This document shows, one piece after another, positions 1 to 14,759 of a stretch of DNA of 64,000 nt (its first letter is position 1; every line of letters starts with the position of its first letter). The stretch covers positions 1 through 64,000 of the forward strand of contig CT868027.1 of the NCBI GenBank assembly GCA_000165425.1, given 5' to 3'. The notes under the pieces are model-generated. The model was not told the DNA's origin. It saw only the letters and a list, made by a program, of their open reading frames with translations, and did no database searches. Made by a program: the position numbers and the translations under genes. Origin of the DNA: Paramecium tetraurelia (lineage: Eukaryota).

Positions 1-440
1 ATAATCTTCCCTAATGGGATACACTTTTAAAAAATTGGATTGCAGGGATGATTAGAGGATAAGAGAAAGGACGTTCATAAACAGTTGATTTAAGGAAGTT
101 AATAGTAGAATTATTTAATAGAGTATTTGTTTGGAAATCTTTGACAAGACTAATATAATCAAAATCTAATTTGTTGCTGAATATTAATCATTCTACAATT
201 TTAAATTACTGAGTTTAAGTAGCATACTCTTAGAATAATTATTAGGCGTTCTATATATGTGAAAATGCTTTCATCATATTTTGAAAATTATGTGGCTGGA
301 TAGTAGGAAGATAAGTAATTAAATATCTAAAACAATGGTATGTGAACTTGTGGTAAGATAGCAGTGTTACAGAGATAGGAAATTGCATTTTCAAGCTATA
401 AGATTTTACTATTAGGAAATGTGATTTCTAATAATTTTGA
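1..440 (+). pseudogene. Partial, probably degraded reading frame running in from the window edge
   Basis: Protein-like frame (NLPQWDTLLKNWIAGMIRG...) under the ciliate code, interrupted by in-frame TGA codons near 210 and 282 with no obvious intron; no family recognised. Confidence 0.3.
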
Positions 441-1194
441 AGTTGTAACCTTTATAATTTATTATAATATGTTTACAAAATTAGAGCAAAATCCATATAT
501 TATTTTCAAGGCTCTATTTAATATAGTTTTAGCTTAATTAGATTTTGAAATCTTACTTTCAAAGAGTAGCTAGATCTATCACATTATATACATTCAATAG
601 ATATTGAGTTACACTTGACATTTTATCAACAGTTTAAATACAATCATTGATTTGCTATTGTAAGATTTATCGAGAAATTTGAATTTAATTCAGCTGTTTC
701 CTCAAAATAGATATTTCCAATTCAGATTAGGCAAATTATTATCTTTGTTTCTTTTTTAGTAATATGTTAGGATAAAATTTAGTAAATTGTGTGCTATAGT
801 AATGCGTATTATTATTTTCTGAACTAATTCTTTAGAACCCATAAGGGTTCAATTGTCTTAAGAGATATATTGGAATACTTTAAGAAACTGGAAAACTTTT
901 AATGTCGAAAATATATAGGAAGTATCTTTGATATCAAGGTAAGCGTATCAAAAATGATAAATTTGTCTTCTGAATCATTCTATATAAATAAAATTTTTGT
1001 AATCTTGATTTTATTTTACTCATTTACTTAACCTCAAGATTTAATAAAATATATATAAAAAAATAGATAAAACTATAATTTTAAAAATGGGAAAGCCTAC
1101 ATAATATTTTTTAATCTTAAACATATCCCATTTTATGAGAATTACTAGTTTGATAAATTATTTTAATGTTTATTATAGAATACTTAAAATAGAA

Positions 1195-1962
1195 TCAGGC
1201 TTATGCTTTATGAGTAGACACTTTCTTGGCTTTATGTTATTATAATTCGAATTTGTAATCATCCAAATATTCCTGAGTAGCCTTCATGTAATTCCAATTA
1301 TTCATATCTAAGTAAAATCTAATTTAATTTTATTGATTACATCGCAACTTTACGATTTTTATCTTCTGGTTAACAAACTGCATCTAGAAACAATCCAATT
1401 TTTAATTCTTACATGTATTTCTCCATATTGCTATATTAATTACTATATATTACATTTCTTATTTTTTATTATCACTTGTAGGATTAGGAATGCTCAATTT
1501 CTTCAAATAAAATATATCATTTGTTTGTAAATTGTTATACGTCCTTATTCTACATGCAGGCACTCCATATTATAATTCCAGCCCTTCTATTGTGTCATCT
1601 GGACAAATTAAATGAATAATTTCATTGTTTCCATCAGCTGTAGATGTTTCCTATGATTTTTAGATAATGTTCCTCTATGCATCAAACCAATCTTCATCAT
1701 ATAGATTATAATGATCCTTCAATTCAGTTGGCTTGTATTCTTCTTCCTTTTACTCTGGTTTAGATTTAGACATTCCGAACATCCTTGCCAAAAAGCCAAC
1801 AGGTTCTGATTGAGATACTTTAGGTTTTTTTTAATTCTCTTCATAAATCAATGATTAATGCACATTCTCGTCATTCTTTAAATTCATTTCTTCCATTTCA
1901 ACTAATCGATGAACCTAGTTCCTTCTATTATAAACTTCGTTTGGAATGTCCCCGACTTTCAT
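1195..1962 (-). CDS. LysM-domain protein with a C-terminal UBA-like segment
   Basis: MKVGDIPNEV...; LysM-like HLICPDDTIEGLELQYGVPACRIRTYNNLQTNDIFYLKKLSIP; C-terminal VAIFYLDMNNWNYMKATQEY; two 22-23 nt GT-AG introns; TGA at 1197-1195. Confidence 0.75.
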
Positions 1963-2142
1963 AATATTTAGATAAAATATTAATTTTAAATAATGAGGAA
2001 AATTGTATAAACCAAAATTAAATGTTAGTTAATAAATAATCTAAATTTTAAAACTAGGTATTATGCTAATCTTTAAACTTAGAACTTAACCTTAAAATAA
2101 AAAGTAATATTATTGGTTGTAATTTCTCTTATAAAATAATCA

Positions 2143-2564
2143 ATGTTAACTAACAATAGTGAATTCCTTAAAGATCCTCAGAAAGAAATAGATTTAATTA
2201 TAAATGATGCTATAATTTTTCTTATCAAAAATGATATAAATGATGGACCTCATTAAAGCAAAACATTAGAAATAAAAAATTAGTCAACACTGATGGATTT
2301 TCAACTTAATATGCAATATTTTCCAACTTCTAATCAATCTAAGGGGGAAAGTCCAATCAAAGAGAAGAAAATTATAACTTTTCCAAAATGTATCTTCTTT
2401 TGTGATGTAAAAAAAGCTCGGACAATTTTTCTAAACACCTAGCTAAAAATGAATATAATCATCTATGTTTTTATAATTAATAGAGAATCAAATACTTAGA
2501 AATCTAAAATTCTCTTCCCTATCCTATGGTACTGTTATCATAACTTTTTCATTCTAACAATTTG
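2143..2564 (+). CDS. Hypothetical protein (about 140 aa)
   Basis: Open frame MLTNNSEFLKDPQKEIDL... under the ciliate code; end approximate; no motif recognised. Confidence 0.35.
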
Positions 2565-3699
2565 ATTTCATTACTCTTAATACAATTCAATTGTAAGATA
2601 AATATTTAGCCATTAGATTTCTCTGTTCTAAGTAAAGATGAAAAAAACTAATATATATCATTATTTATTTTAATTCCAAATTCAACAACAATTCTTATAT
2701 ACTTTCTATTTTCCATTTTTATTAGTTATTACTGAACTGACTATTTTAAAGTTGACTTTTTAATTCTGAATGTTGGAGTATCTAATGATTAATCAAGTTG
2801 GCTTCTATAGAGACTATTTAAAACTTATTTTAATAAATTTCATTCAGACAAGGAAACCTTGGTTATTTTTACATCTTTCTTATTTTATTTGAAAAGACCT
2901 TTCATTCACGTGATTTCGCAGCTGGGTAAATCTTAAATTTTAAATTTTGCCTTCAGAAACTAAATTTTGATGTGGTTGTGTCTTTATTCTTGCTTCTCTT
3001 TGATATCGGTGATTTTAGATTACCGAATCAACAGATTCATTACCTAAAGGTTAACAATTAAATTATTTTTTAGTGATGCTCTAAATTAATTGGCCTTTTA
3101 AGCAGATCTTTTTTTTACAGATTTTTAGAAAATTCTGTTTCCTCTATAATTGTGGAAATTGTTCATAAATAAATATTATAAAATATGAATCAAATCTTTG
3201 AGAATATAGATAATGAGTCATCGATGATTTTTGTAATCGTTAAAATATTAATAATTCCATTTTTATTAACATTAATTAGAATATTAAAATATATAAAACT
3301 ATTTAATTCAAAACTCTTTGATTTTTATCAATACCATTACTCTACTTACAATATTCACAACACTTTCTGACATAGGTTCATTCTTTATAACAATCATAAA
3401 ATAATAAATTCTTATAATCCAAATTTTCCTATCTAAACTTTATGAAATCATTTATACATTATGGAATTAAAAAAAATTGGTAATGAATTCGAAGCCAACT
3501 TATATAGGAAATTATCTATTAAAAATAATCCTATTGCCTTTTAGATGCTATCTCAATACATATATCTCTTAATATTTAAGGGTAGGTAAAATGGAGAATT
3601 AAGAATAATAATTAATTATAAAGGAGTATTGACAAAGAAATTAAATTATGATAATAAATTAATATATCTAATAATAGAATTAAAGTTTTATGTGCTTCT

Positions 3700-4930
3700 T
3701 ATATATCTCATACATCAAAAAATTCTACCAATAATATGGGTTCTTGTTTAGTACTTCTATTTCTTACTTTTTAAACAATGGATATACTATTACCTATAGT
3801 AGTTAGCGTTAACTCTTTCAAGTTGTTTTAAGCACTGTATTTAGCATAGATGTTTATTGAATTGATTGATCCATGACAATAATGTTTTAATTTACGGATC
3901 TTATTAGCTCCACTATAACTATTACATTTATTTAATTTAGATTGAAAATTTTTCTTATTTGAATTTAATTTGGATATTTAATTAAGTTATTGATTCATCA
4001 ACAGTTATGGATTCTGATCCTATTGTATTTACCACGTTATTAATTTCCTTCATTTCCATCTAAAAAGCTGGTTTCTAATCTGAATTCCGTCAATTAATTT
4101 GCTAACTTTAAACAGTTACACTTTCCATTGCCAAAAATTTATAGTTCAAAGTGTATTTAGCCAAAATGATTAAGTAGATGTTGGGTATTTAAATGTCAGT
4201 ATCTACCTTCCTCCTCAGGTTGTATGATTTTGGACAAGGCATCTTAAGTAATTGGAGATCTTAATGTGACTACACCAATATGAGGGAGTCCTATTTTATT
4301 TAAGACCATAGCAAAGTAAATGTGAATTTGAGAGGGATCTTGTAGGATGAGATTTGCGTTTGTGGATGAGATTTTATCAATATGACTTATGATTTCATCT
4401 GTTCCTAATATGATTTGATAATGAAGGGGAACAAAATTTGAGTTGGTAGTATTTACGTTCACAATTATGGATGTTAAAGTTAATTCTGAGACCTCTAATA
4501 ATAGTTATATGATGGGGATAGAGTTACATCAAAAGATCCTTTATATAAGGGCATAAGATAGAGAGAATAGCTTTTTTGATATTTGCATTTTCAATCGAGT
4601 ATTATTTTTTGCTTTGGGATTTAAATTTACTTCTTTAATAACTTCTATACGACTGTCATCAATATCAAACTATTTGAATGAATAAGCATTTATACTTTTG
4701 TAAGGGCATATCATTTTTATTTGGAAATCTTAATAGCACAACACCCTTCATATTAAGCAGTTTACAATTCAATTCTTGCAGTCAGTTGGGAAAACAAAAA
4801 ACTAGGAAAACGATTACTTTTGGAATATTTTTAAAAAGAATTTGGAAAATTGATTATTTACTGATATCCATTTGAACAATTAAATCCACACGCTATCTCC
4901 TAAACCAAAATAGCCTCCCTGAGTTATATG
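3700..4930 (-). pseudogene. Degraded or poorly resolved coding sequence
   Basis: Coding-like stretches (includes track ORF 4244-4462) but I could not join them into one frame; in-frame TGA follows ...QPEEEGRY. Confidence 0.3.
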
Positions 4931-5321
4931 TTATAATTGCTCAAGCTAATTAGATTAATAAAATTGAAATATAAATATCATGATATTAATATATTTTATT
5001 TGTTGTAAATCTGAAATATTAAAAAAAAAAGACTCAAAAAAAATGATGTTTGAATTGAATTTTCGATTATTCTCCTGTTATTGAAATAGATTTTATTTCA
5101 TTTGATGTCATTGAAAAGGGACAACTCTGATTTAGCTCTATAATAAAATGTAAAACTATAAATAGTATATGATGTTACATTTATTTTAACTATGCGAATC
5201 TATAAATGTCAATAATTAGAATTCTAATGCAAAATCTATTATATTAATTCAAAAAGAATTCTAGCTTTAAATTTTATATTTATTTTTATTCTAATTTGTA
5301 TTCAAATTCTATTAAAATAAA

Positions 5322-7688
5322 ATGTAAAACCCTTAAGAGAAAATTGATCCTTTGTTTTAATTTGAATTTATTTTCAATAGCGAACTATCACAGAATATAG
5401 ATTCTGTTTATTAATAAAACCTTGAGGGATTCAAGTGTTAATCCATTTTATATAATTAAGAGATAATGATTTGTGATTTGATGTTGCTTTTAGAAGATGG
5501 TAAATTAAAGAATGATAAATTAAGCATTTCAGGCTACTTCAAATTAATGGACCTGATTTAAGATTTTGTATAAATTCAAACATAACAAAATCAATTTAGT
5601 CTATTAAACTATTGTGTAATAAAATATAAAGATGGAAAATTATTGGTGGAGTCTAAGATCAAATTTGATATACATTATCCTTCTTTAACAAATCAAATTG
5701 ATGAATTGCAAGCTAAATTTTCATAATTTGTCGATTAAACAACTACGCAAGGTTAAGAATTAGAAGAAATTATACGAAAGGCATCTCTTATTTATTCTCA
5801 GTATAACTCACCAATCACAAAAAACTAAATCAACAATAAGAATAATTAAGTGTTTTATTATATTTAGAATAGATTTTTTATGAAATAATATTTGATAAAT
5901 CAATCAATTGAGGAGTAGAATAAGTCTTTACAATATTTCCAGTAAATTCTTGCGATAATTTAGTCTTAACCTAATTGTCAGTAAATTTTGGATAAATTGA
6001 TTGAAGTTGATTTTACAACTTTAGAATAAATATAATAATTTGTGAAATAATAGGAATTTCAACATTCAGAACTATGTATAATGGATGATTTTGAATTAAA
6101 TAAGTATTACATAGTGCATTTGTAAACTGCAAAATCTTTATAATAAAAAATAAAAGAAAAAAATGCTTATGCTGAATACTAGAAATAAGAAGATAAAAAG
6201 AAATTCATTCAAAATCAACTTAACGATATTAAAGCAACTTAATAGTCACATCCCAATTTTTTAAAGTCATTTTTTAATTAATTAAAATTAAAATTTTGGG
6301 TTCTCCTAGATGTACCTTACCAAGAATAAAATGAATACTATCATAAAGAAATAAAAACATTAGAGGTTGATCTTAAAAGTTAAATACATTAAATAACCAA
6401 ATAATATTCTGAATCTATTAAATTGAAATATGAAAACAAACATTAACTTGAAAAATTAGTTAAGATTATTGTAAATCATAATGATATAGGAAAAATTATT
6501 GGAAAAATATTTGAATTCAAAATAAAACTTATCCATTAATATGTTCAAGCAAGCCTAACTTTTAATAAAAATGAATTCGAGAAAAATTTAGATGAGTTAT
6601 ATGAGGTAAATAAAAAAATATATTTACCATAATTATAAAATCATCCATCCATTAAATAATAAGTCGATATTATACTTGACTATTGTGAAAGAATTAAAAT
6701 AATGATTCAAAATAAATATTAAAATGTGGAAGTTGATTTCAAATAGAAGGAATAAATGAATACTTTATTAAAATTATTAGAATCCATTAATTATCAAAAT
6801 ACAGATCTATAGGACAAACAAGAGAAAGAATTATATGAGTTAACTAATAGGTTTTGTCCTAATTTATGTATTTCCAAATCTAGCAGATTTTAAATATTTA
6901 AAAATAGAATTGAGTAGAAAATATCAAAGTAGAAGTTGTGGACTAAAATAACTTCCAAACAAAAGAGTGAAATTAAGGCTGTGGAATTTTAAAATTAATA
7001 TTAGTTTCCTATATCAAATTTTATGGAAAACTCTTAAAACCTTGATTAATTGATGTGCGCTATTTATGCAAATAACACATGGAATAGCCTACGAAATTCA
7101 CTACAAGTTGAGCTCTAAAAGTAGATTGAATTAGATTAATATGCAGAATAAAAGGAAAAAATTTACAAGTAATATTAAGATCGAATATTCATTCCTATAG
7201 AAAAATTTGATGTCATTTTTAAAATTCACTTTGAATAACAAAATGAAAAAAAAATCATGGAAGAAATAGATTAATTTTTTGATAAAAAGAGATAAGAAGA
7301 AGGATAGATTCTTAGAGATTTGTAAGAATTTGTAGAATTAACAGATGAATTCATTAAAAGTTTAGATTAGGAAAAAAATGATTATTTCTAATAATAATTT
7401 GTGAATAAACCAGAATATAAATCAATTGAAGAAATGTAGGATGATGTTTAAAAATTAATTCAAGATTTTAGACAATTGAAATTTCAGAAATATTATGATT
7501 TCAAATCCTTAATTGAAACTATACATAAAGAATATATTCATTAATGTTAATATGTATTCATAAACTCTCCTTCAAATTTCAAAAGATTCAAATTAGAAAA
7601 ATAAAACAAGGAAGATAAAGATATTAAAAAAAAGATAATAGAATTTTATGGAAGCTAATTATTAGAGAATTTGAAATTATAATTATGA
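5322..7688 (+). CDS. Hypothetical helical/coiled-coil protein, about 788 aa, apparently intronless
   Basis: ATG 5322 to TGA 7686-7688 spans 2367 nt (multiple of 3); Q/E/K/I-rich under the ciliate code; start and end read in frame. Confidence 0.75.
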
Positions 7689-7934
7689 AAATAATCAAGC
7701 TTTTGATTTAATATAATATCCGTTTTACTCTAATTCTCTTTATAGAATATAATAATTAAACTGAGATTGAAGAGATATACAATACAGTTTAATAATTGCA
7801 CTTCTATTGGTTGGAATTACCAGTAATAAATCATATTCATTTAATTTTTTAAGTATTAAAATAAATCAAAAATGATGATAGATTATAATTTTAACGATCG
7901 AAATTCTGAAATATAGAGAAAATATATTATGTAT

Positions 7935-9680
7935 TCATTTTAATTCTGTTTAATCCTCAAAACTATTTCCAGAATACTTTTTTTATGGTTAATCCCATAA
8001 AATCATACCATTTTCTTCATTATCTTCTTGATTTATATCTATTTAGACTTTTTAATTTTAAAATAAAGATTCTCTTAATTTTTTAAAAGTTATTGAATGC
8101 TCTATCTAATGTTCTTTTTCCATCACTTTTGGATCTCTCCAAAATTATGGAAACTACCAAACCTTAATTCTTTTATCCTTTGATGCAGTAACTAATTTTC
8201 TCTCTTCTTCTAGCCAATGCACTTTAGTAATGTCCAAATCATGGGCTTTTAAAACAACTGAAATTGCATAATATTTTACATAATTAATTGGAATTTCGGG
8301 CATCCCAAATAGTGACAGTACCATCGATATTTCCGACATAAATTTCACCTCTTTTGGAAGACCAGCATATCTCTCTACTCTTAGGTTTTCCATTTAAACT
8401 TGTGATTTATTTGGCAAATTGTTCTTACCCAGGGTTTTGAATGTCAATTATTAAAATGACCCCATTTTCATGACTAATTGAAAATAAATAATTTCTTTAA
8501 TGATCAATAAATAATCCTCTTAAAAATAGTTGATTCGTTACAATTTTAATCATATAAGAGGGCATTTACTTGAATAATTATTTAAATCTACTTTTTCTAT
8601 ATCATAAATAAAGATTTAACCATGTCTATCCCCAATAAACACCTTTCTTCTTTCATCACTTGCTAATAAACTGGTCAATTCATACTAGTCTGGCATAAAA
8701 TCTACTTTAGATAAATTATCAACCTGCCACCAAATCTTTCATCCGCAAATTGAAAACCTTATATCTACGATCCTTCGAAATTGAATGCATATATTTATTT
8801 CTTCTATCATAATACAAGCCCATAATTCTACTTTTGTGTTACTCATATTCTTAACTATCTGAGTATCTTTAGAATCCTTCTTGCTCAAGAACAATTAATT
8901 AATTTATCTATCCACTATCTAATCCAATAAGAAGAACAGATGCGATATGATCCCAATAACATGTTATTGCCTATGAATTGTATACTTTTGCCCATAGTTT
9001 TTTATATTCCCCATTTAATGTTTAATGCCAACATTCGACACTCCCTACTGCTAATTATGCTTCTTCATCTTTTTTAAATTCCCAAGGTGCCTTCATATTT
9101 GTTAAGTAGGCATCGATTCTATTTATTACAGAGCAATTAGAAGCAAGAACAAACATCAAGCCAGATTCAGTATTTAGGATAAAATCTCTTACTCCTAGTT
9201 AAAACTCTTTAAGTTCATAGAGTAATTAAGGAGGATTAACAACAATTTCATTTGCATTCTTATCAATCTCAAAAAATTCTGTAAAAGGACTAGAAGCTAC
9301 AATTTCAGGTCTGTTAACCAAATCCTATATTCTCTTAACCATTAATTACCTAGACAAATTAATCTAGTCCTATTTTTCGCTTTTCTATATCCTCTATAGA
9401 TCTACCAAATAAAAATGTTATATATTTCTTTTTTGGTAAGGATGGCAATTATTCTCCAAAAAATACCTTTAATTTTTTTAATAACTCTTCAAATTATGAG
9501 AATCTTGAATCTCATAATACAAAACAACTACCTTCTATCAATTTTCCAATTATCCCCAGTTTTATCTAAAATTTATATTGTATAATATATAGCACTTTCG
9601 TTAGGATCATTTCTATGCGAAATCACATGGGCCTTAGTTTATTCATTATCTATTACTTAAATAGGGGAATTTGGATGCAT
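7935..9680 (-). CDS. PX-domain plus WD40-repeat protein
   Basis: PX motif WKIDRRFSQFEELLKKLK...LPSLPKKK...IEKRKIGLDQFVQ; WD repeats such as IYVGNIDGTVTIWD and AHDLDITKVHW...LVTASKDKRIKVW; several 22-28 nt introns. Confidence 0.85.
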
Positions 9681-10334
9681 AATAATAAATAATATACAAC
9701 AAATATAACATACTACAAAATGTGTAATTATTATTATAATGAGAAGCCATGAAGATATCAAAAGAATTTGTAAAAGTTAGATTTATGTAAATTGATAGAT
9801 CACTTTTGTATATTTGATCAAAGAAACGTAATAGAAATTAGTAAGCTTGAAATAATATGAATAAATGATGGTTTTTTGTTTCTAAGTTCTAATTGTTTGG
9901 AAATTTCAATATTTTTGGATACCAGAATGTCATTCACGTTATCAATAAAAATAGAGCATCGTTTTCAAATTTGTAGGAAGAAAAGTTAAATTATAATTAT
10001 AAAATAATCTTTCCTCTAATTTCTGCTTTAGGTTGAATTGATTTTTATTTATAGCATATTATTTACTGAAATGATTATATTTAAGAAATAGATAATTTAT
10101 AAAATAAAAATTTTAATAGAATACAAGATTAAATTAAAGATTTATCGCTCAAAATCATAAGAATTATTAGAATTTTATGGTTTTGGAGTAAATTGATGGA
10201 ATGATAATGCGAAAAATCCATCAAAGATTAATAGAAGACTGATTTAAAGGCTTTTCAACTTAGATAATCCCGTATTCTATCTGTGTTTTAGAATTAATAG
10301 AATAACAATCATTTTTATTTGATAATAATATTAA

Positions 10335-11289
10335 TAAATCATAGTCGCTTTTGCTATCTTGTTGTTAGTGGGCATAGCTTCTACAACATCAGCATTTAAT
10401 TAAACAATGGCCCTACTTTAAACAGTTATAAAGGAATGGATGCCATTGATGCAATATTTTGTTTATTGATTGATTTAATAAAATCTAATAAGATGCTTAA
10501 TTTGCTGCTAATTAAAAGAATGAGTTAGAGCTCAGCAATTTTAGTATATATAAAAGAACAATTGAATAATTTACAATGATTAATCACTCTACTAAAAGTT
10601 ATTCTAATAATGAATTGAAAACAGAGGTCAATTTGGATAAGAGTTATAATTCACTAAGAATTATCTTGCATGGAATGAATAAAGATAAGAGGAGATCACA
10701 AGAAAGATTGGTGTACTTCTTGATAAATAATGTCTTAGTAACTAGTTGTTTGTGAGATTAATTAAGCAAAAAAGAGAAGCACTTGAAATTGAAGAGCACT
10801 TAAACAAGATGTTGCTGGTTATATTCTAAATGACGATTCATTTGAATTAGTCAAAGAGAAAGCAACTAATGTTGCTCAAAAACTTAAGCATACAGCAATC
10901 TTGTCAATAAAAATGAAGTTAAAACTTTCTTGAATTTGGTTTAAACCTAATAAAAAGAAGGAGTAAGCAGAGGAGCTACATTGGCTGAAAGGTGCCTTGC
11001 ATTTCTTGAATCACTTGAAGCCAATCTCAAATGTTTATGCTGGCAGTTTGGCTACTGTATTAATTACAAATTAATCTATTAGTAAATCCAAGTAGCTTTG
11101 GAGTAATAAGCAAAGTCAAAGATCATATTAAAAGAATTTCAAGATGCCCTAGAACAAGCATTAGCAGACTTAGAATCCAAGAGAGCTAATTATGCTGAAG
11201 CCAAAGCTAAGAGAGATGAAGAAAATACCATTTTGAAATAGGTTATCATTATTTGAAAGAAATAAATTACTTGATGGCCTGATAAATGA
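10335..11289 (+). pseudogene. Trichocyst matrix protein (TMP) pseudogene
   Basis: Signal-peptide-like start without an intact ATG; TMP-like blocks NYLAWNEQRQEEITRKIGVLLDKQCLSNQLFVR, GVSRGATLAER and DLESKRANYAEAKAKRDEEN; several frameshifts and TGA codons in the terminal segment. Confidence 0.75.
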
Positions 11290-11411
11290 TAAATATAACT
11301 AAACATGTCGATAAAAAAACACCATTTTGGTTTAAATTAATCTTCTTATATATAATTAACATATTGAGAGAGAAGAACTTATTAATAAATAATGTTTTAA
11401 CATTTATTGAT

Positions 11412-12522
<1,111 letters not shown>

Positions 12523-13034
12523 TTAATTAATATTTATATTTTCATGATCAATTTCAATCTACAATTGAATAATAAGTCTGAAACTAATATCCCATCATAA
12601 TTTTTGGTTCCCTTAAATACACCCACATCCAGACAAATAAAACAAAATCCATAAGCAAATATAATTTACTTAATTAATCATCAAAACTCCATCCAGACCA
12701 TTAGTTCTATCATCCTGATTTCACAATTAAACCAAATCTAGTTCGATATACCTCTCGAATTTAATAAAAAGACTGAATTACTTAAAACTAGAATTCAAGC
12801 TCAATACAAATAAAAAATGTTTATTAGATCTTTTTGCTATTCTTACCTTTCTTCAATCTTTCAAACTCCGATAATCTATATATATATTAAAAGTTGGAAC
12901 TATTATAAACTTCAGATCAGTTTCATTGAGATGAGCATCATATATTTTAATATTATTAAACATCTGTCTATGATAATTCTTCCTTATAAAAGTATATCCA
13001 TATTATATATTTCATTTTGTAATTAATCCAAAAT

Positions 13035-13843
13035 ATGATAATGAAAAGAAAATAAACCCAAAAGATTGAATTTGAATAACCTATTGGTAAAAGTTAAAAT
13101 CCTGAAATCCCCAAAAGGCCAAACTCTGGCAAATTAACTCCAATCATTAAATCGCCTTTACCTCCTCGGAAGGCTACTCTATCATAACATCATAATCAAA
13201 AGAAATAACAATAAGAACCTCTTTAATCTCAGGACATCAAAGTTATTTAAATTCGAAGTATGACTCCAAATCAACAAAAACTATTTCAGCATAATGTATA
13301 ATTCTTTATTTTATGAAAAACAGAACCCAAGTCCAATTAAATTAGTATAAAAATAGCAAATTGCTCAATCAGAAAAGAAAATTATTGTTATTCCCAAACG
13401 ACCAGAAAAATAATAATTTAGAATAACAAATAAAATAGATTCATCGGTAGAAAAAAAAAATTAACCATTCAAAGGAAGAAGTCCAAATCAAGAGTAAGCA
13501 TTTAATTGGGCTAATACTGAATTAACAAAAGTAAAAGATTTTTTAAAGTAGAAATAAAATAATATAAGAGAATAACATTATAAATAGACAAAGCAAGAAG
13601 TTTTCAAACATCAACCAAAATGTGCATAAGATTTCTCAATGACTTCTCATAAAAATGATTTGCCTTAATTATTAAAAAATTATTAATAAGAGATAAAAGA
13701 AGTTCGTTAGTAATACATGCATGAAAATTCACCTCCATTAAATATGAGTGGTATCAGATTATATAATAATAGAAATTATGGAAATCAATGAAGATGGCCT
13801 TTCCTCTTTAGCACAAAGCACCTATCATCATTAGATGCATTGA
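13035..13843 (+). CDS. Hypothetical low-complexity protein
   Basis: MIMKRKQTQKIEFEQPIGKSQNPEIPKRPNSG...; two short introns inferred; TGA 13841-13843. Confidence 0.6.
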
Positions 13844-13885
13844 ATGAAAGATAAACTATACTTTGTTGTTTTTATAATATATTTT

Positions 13886-14400
13886 TCATTAAGGATCTTC
13901 CTCACCTTCTTCTTAATCAAATTGTAAATTTAATGCTTTTCTAGGTTTATTATTGTCTTCTTCATCAATCTAGCGTTTGTTGTTCTCTATTTTTGCTTTT
14001 TCATATAATTCTTTTTGTTATTCCTCTAACTGCTTCAAATGCTCTTCATCTTGAAATCTTGCTTTATTTTAATTTTTCACCTTTACATAGCATCAAAACT
14101 TTACATTAACCTCCTCTTTGATTTCTTCTTCAATTTCTTTTAGCAATGGGATTTAACCTTCCAGCCTTAATTTTTAAATGGCCTTATAAAAAAACTCTCC
14201 TGATATTGTTTTTTTTCCATTTTCTAAACAGATTGTATTAGCTTAATCAGAAACCAATTAGATATATTCCCTAGCCATCGACATGACTTATGTCACAAAC
14301 TCATTAGAACATTTCATATCCCCATTGGTTGTTGCTTTGATAAACTATTACACAGTGGCTAAGATCATAAGAAGATAATACCTTTTGGGAGCTATTCCAT
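13886..14400 (-). CDS. DR1: NC2-beta / DR1-like histone-fold transcription cofactor
   Basis: MEQLPKATVQQFIK...LVSDQANTICLENGKKTISGE...AIQKL, then LEEQQKELYEKAK resembling the DR1 C-terminal helix; two short introns. Confidence 0.8.
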
Positions 14401-14759
14401 ATTATATTATCTTTTTCATTTTTAATAATTCAATGTTTTCTTTGAAATAGGATAGATGCAGTGTTTTTTTTTATAATTAATGATTGGTCATAAAATAACC
14501 CAGAAGAATACATTAAGAAAATCAATCTCATTTATGAATTCAAACACATCTACCACTAAAATGCATAAGCTTAAATATAGTACAGAAAATTATATAATTT
14601 CTATCATCAAAAAGAACATTTTTCAAGATTTAATCATGTTCTTCTTTATTTTTCACTTTATATTAATGAAAATCCACTTTAATTTCTTTGGTAATACATG
14701 TTTTTAATAAAATAGTCTGTTAATTTTTACATAATTATATTTATTTTCAAATAAATTGT

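Noticed and set aside
1..440. TGA read-through (Trp or Sec) in the first frame
   Set aside because: TGA is the sole stop in all intact genes, there is no selenoprotein motif or visible SECIS, and decay is the simpler explanation
12600..12720. CATCCAGAC repeated twice upstream of PKA-C
   Set aside because: Two 9-mer copies with no structure or known motif; insufficient evidence
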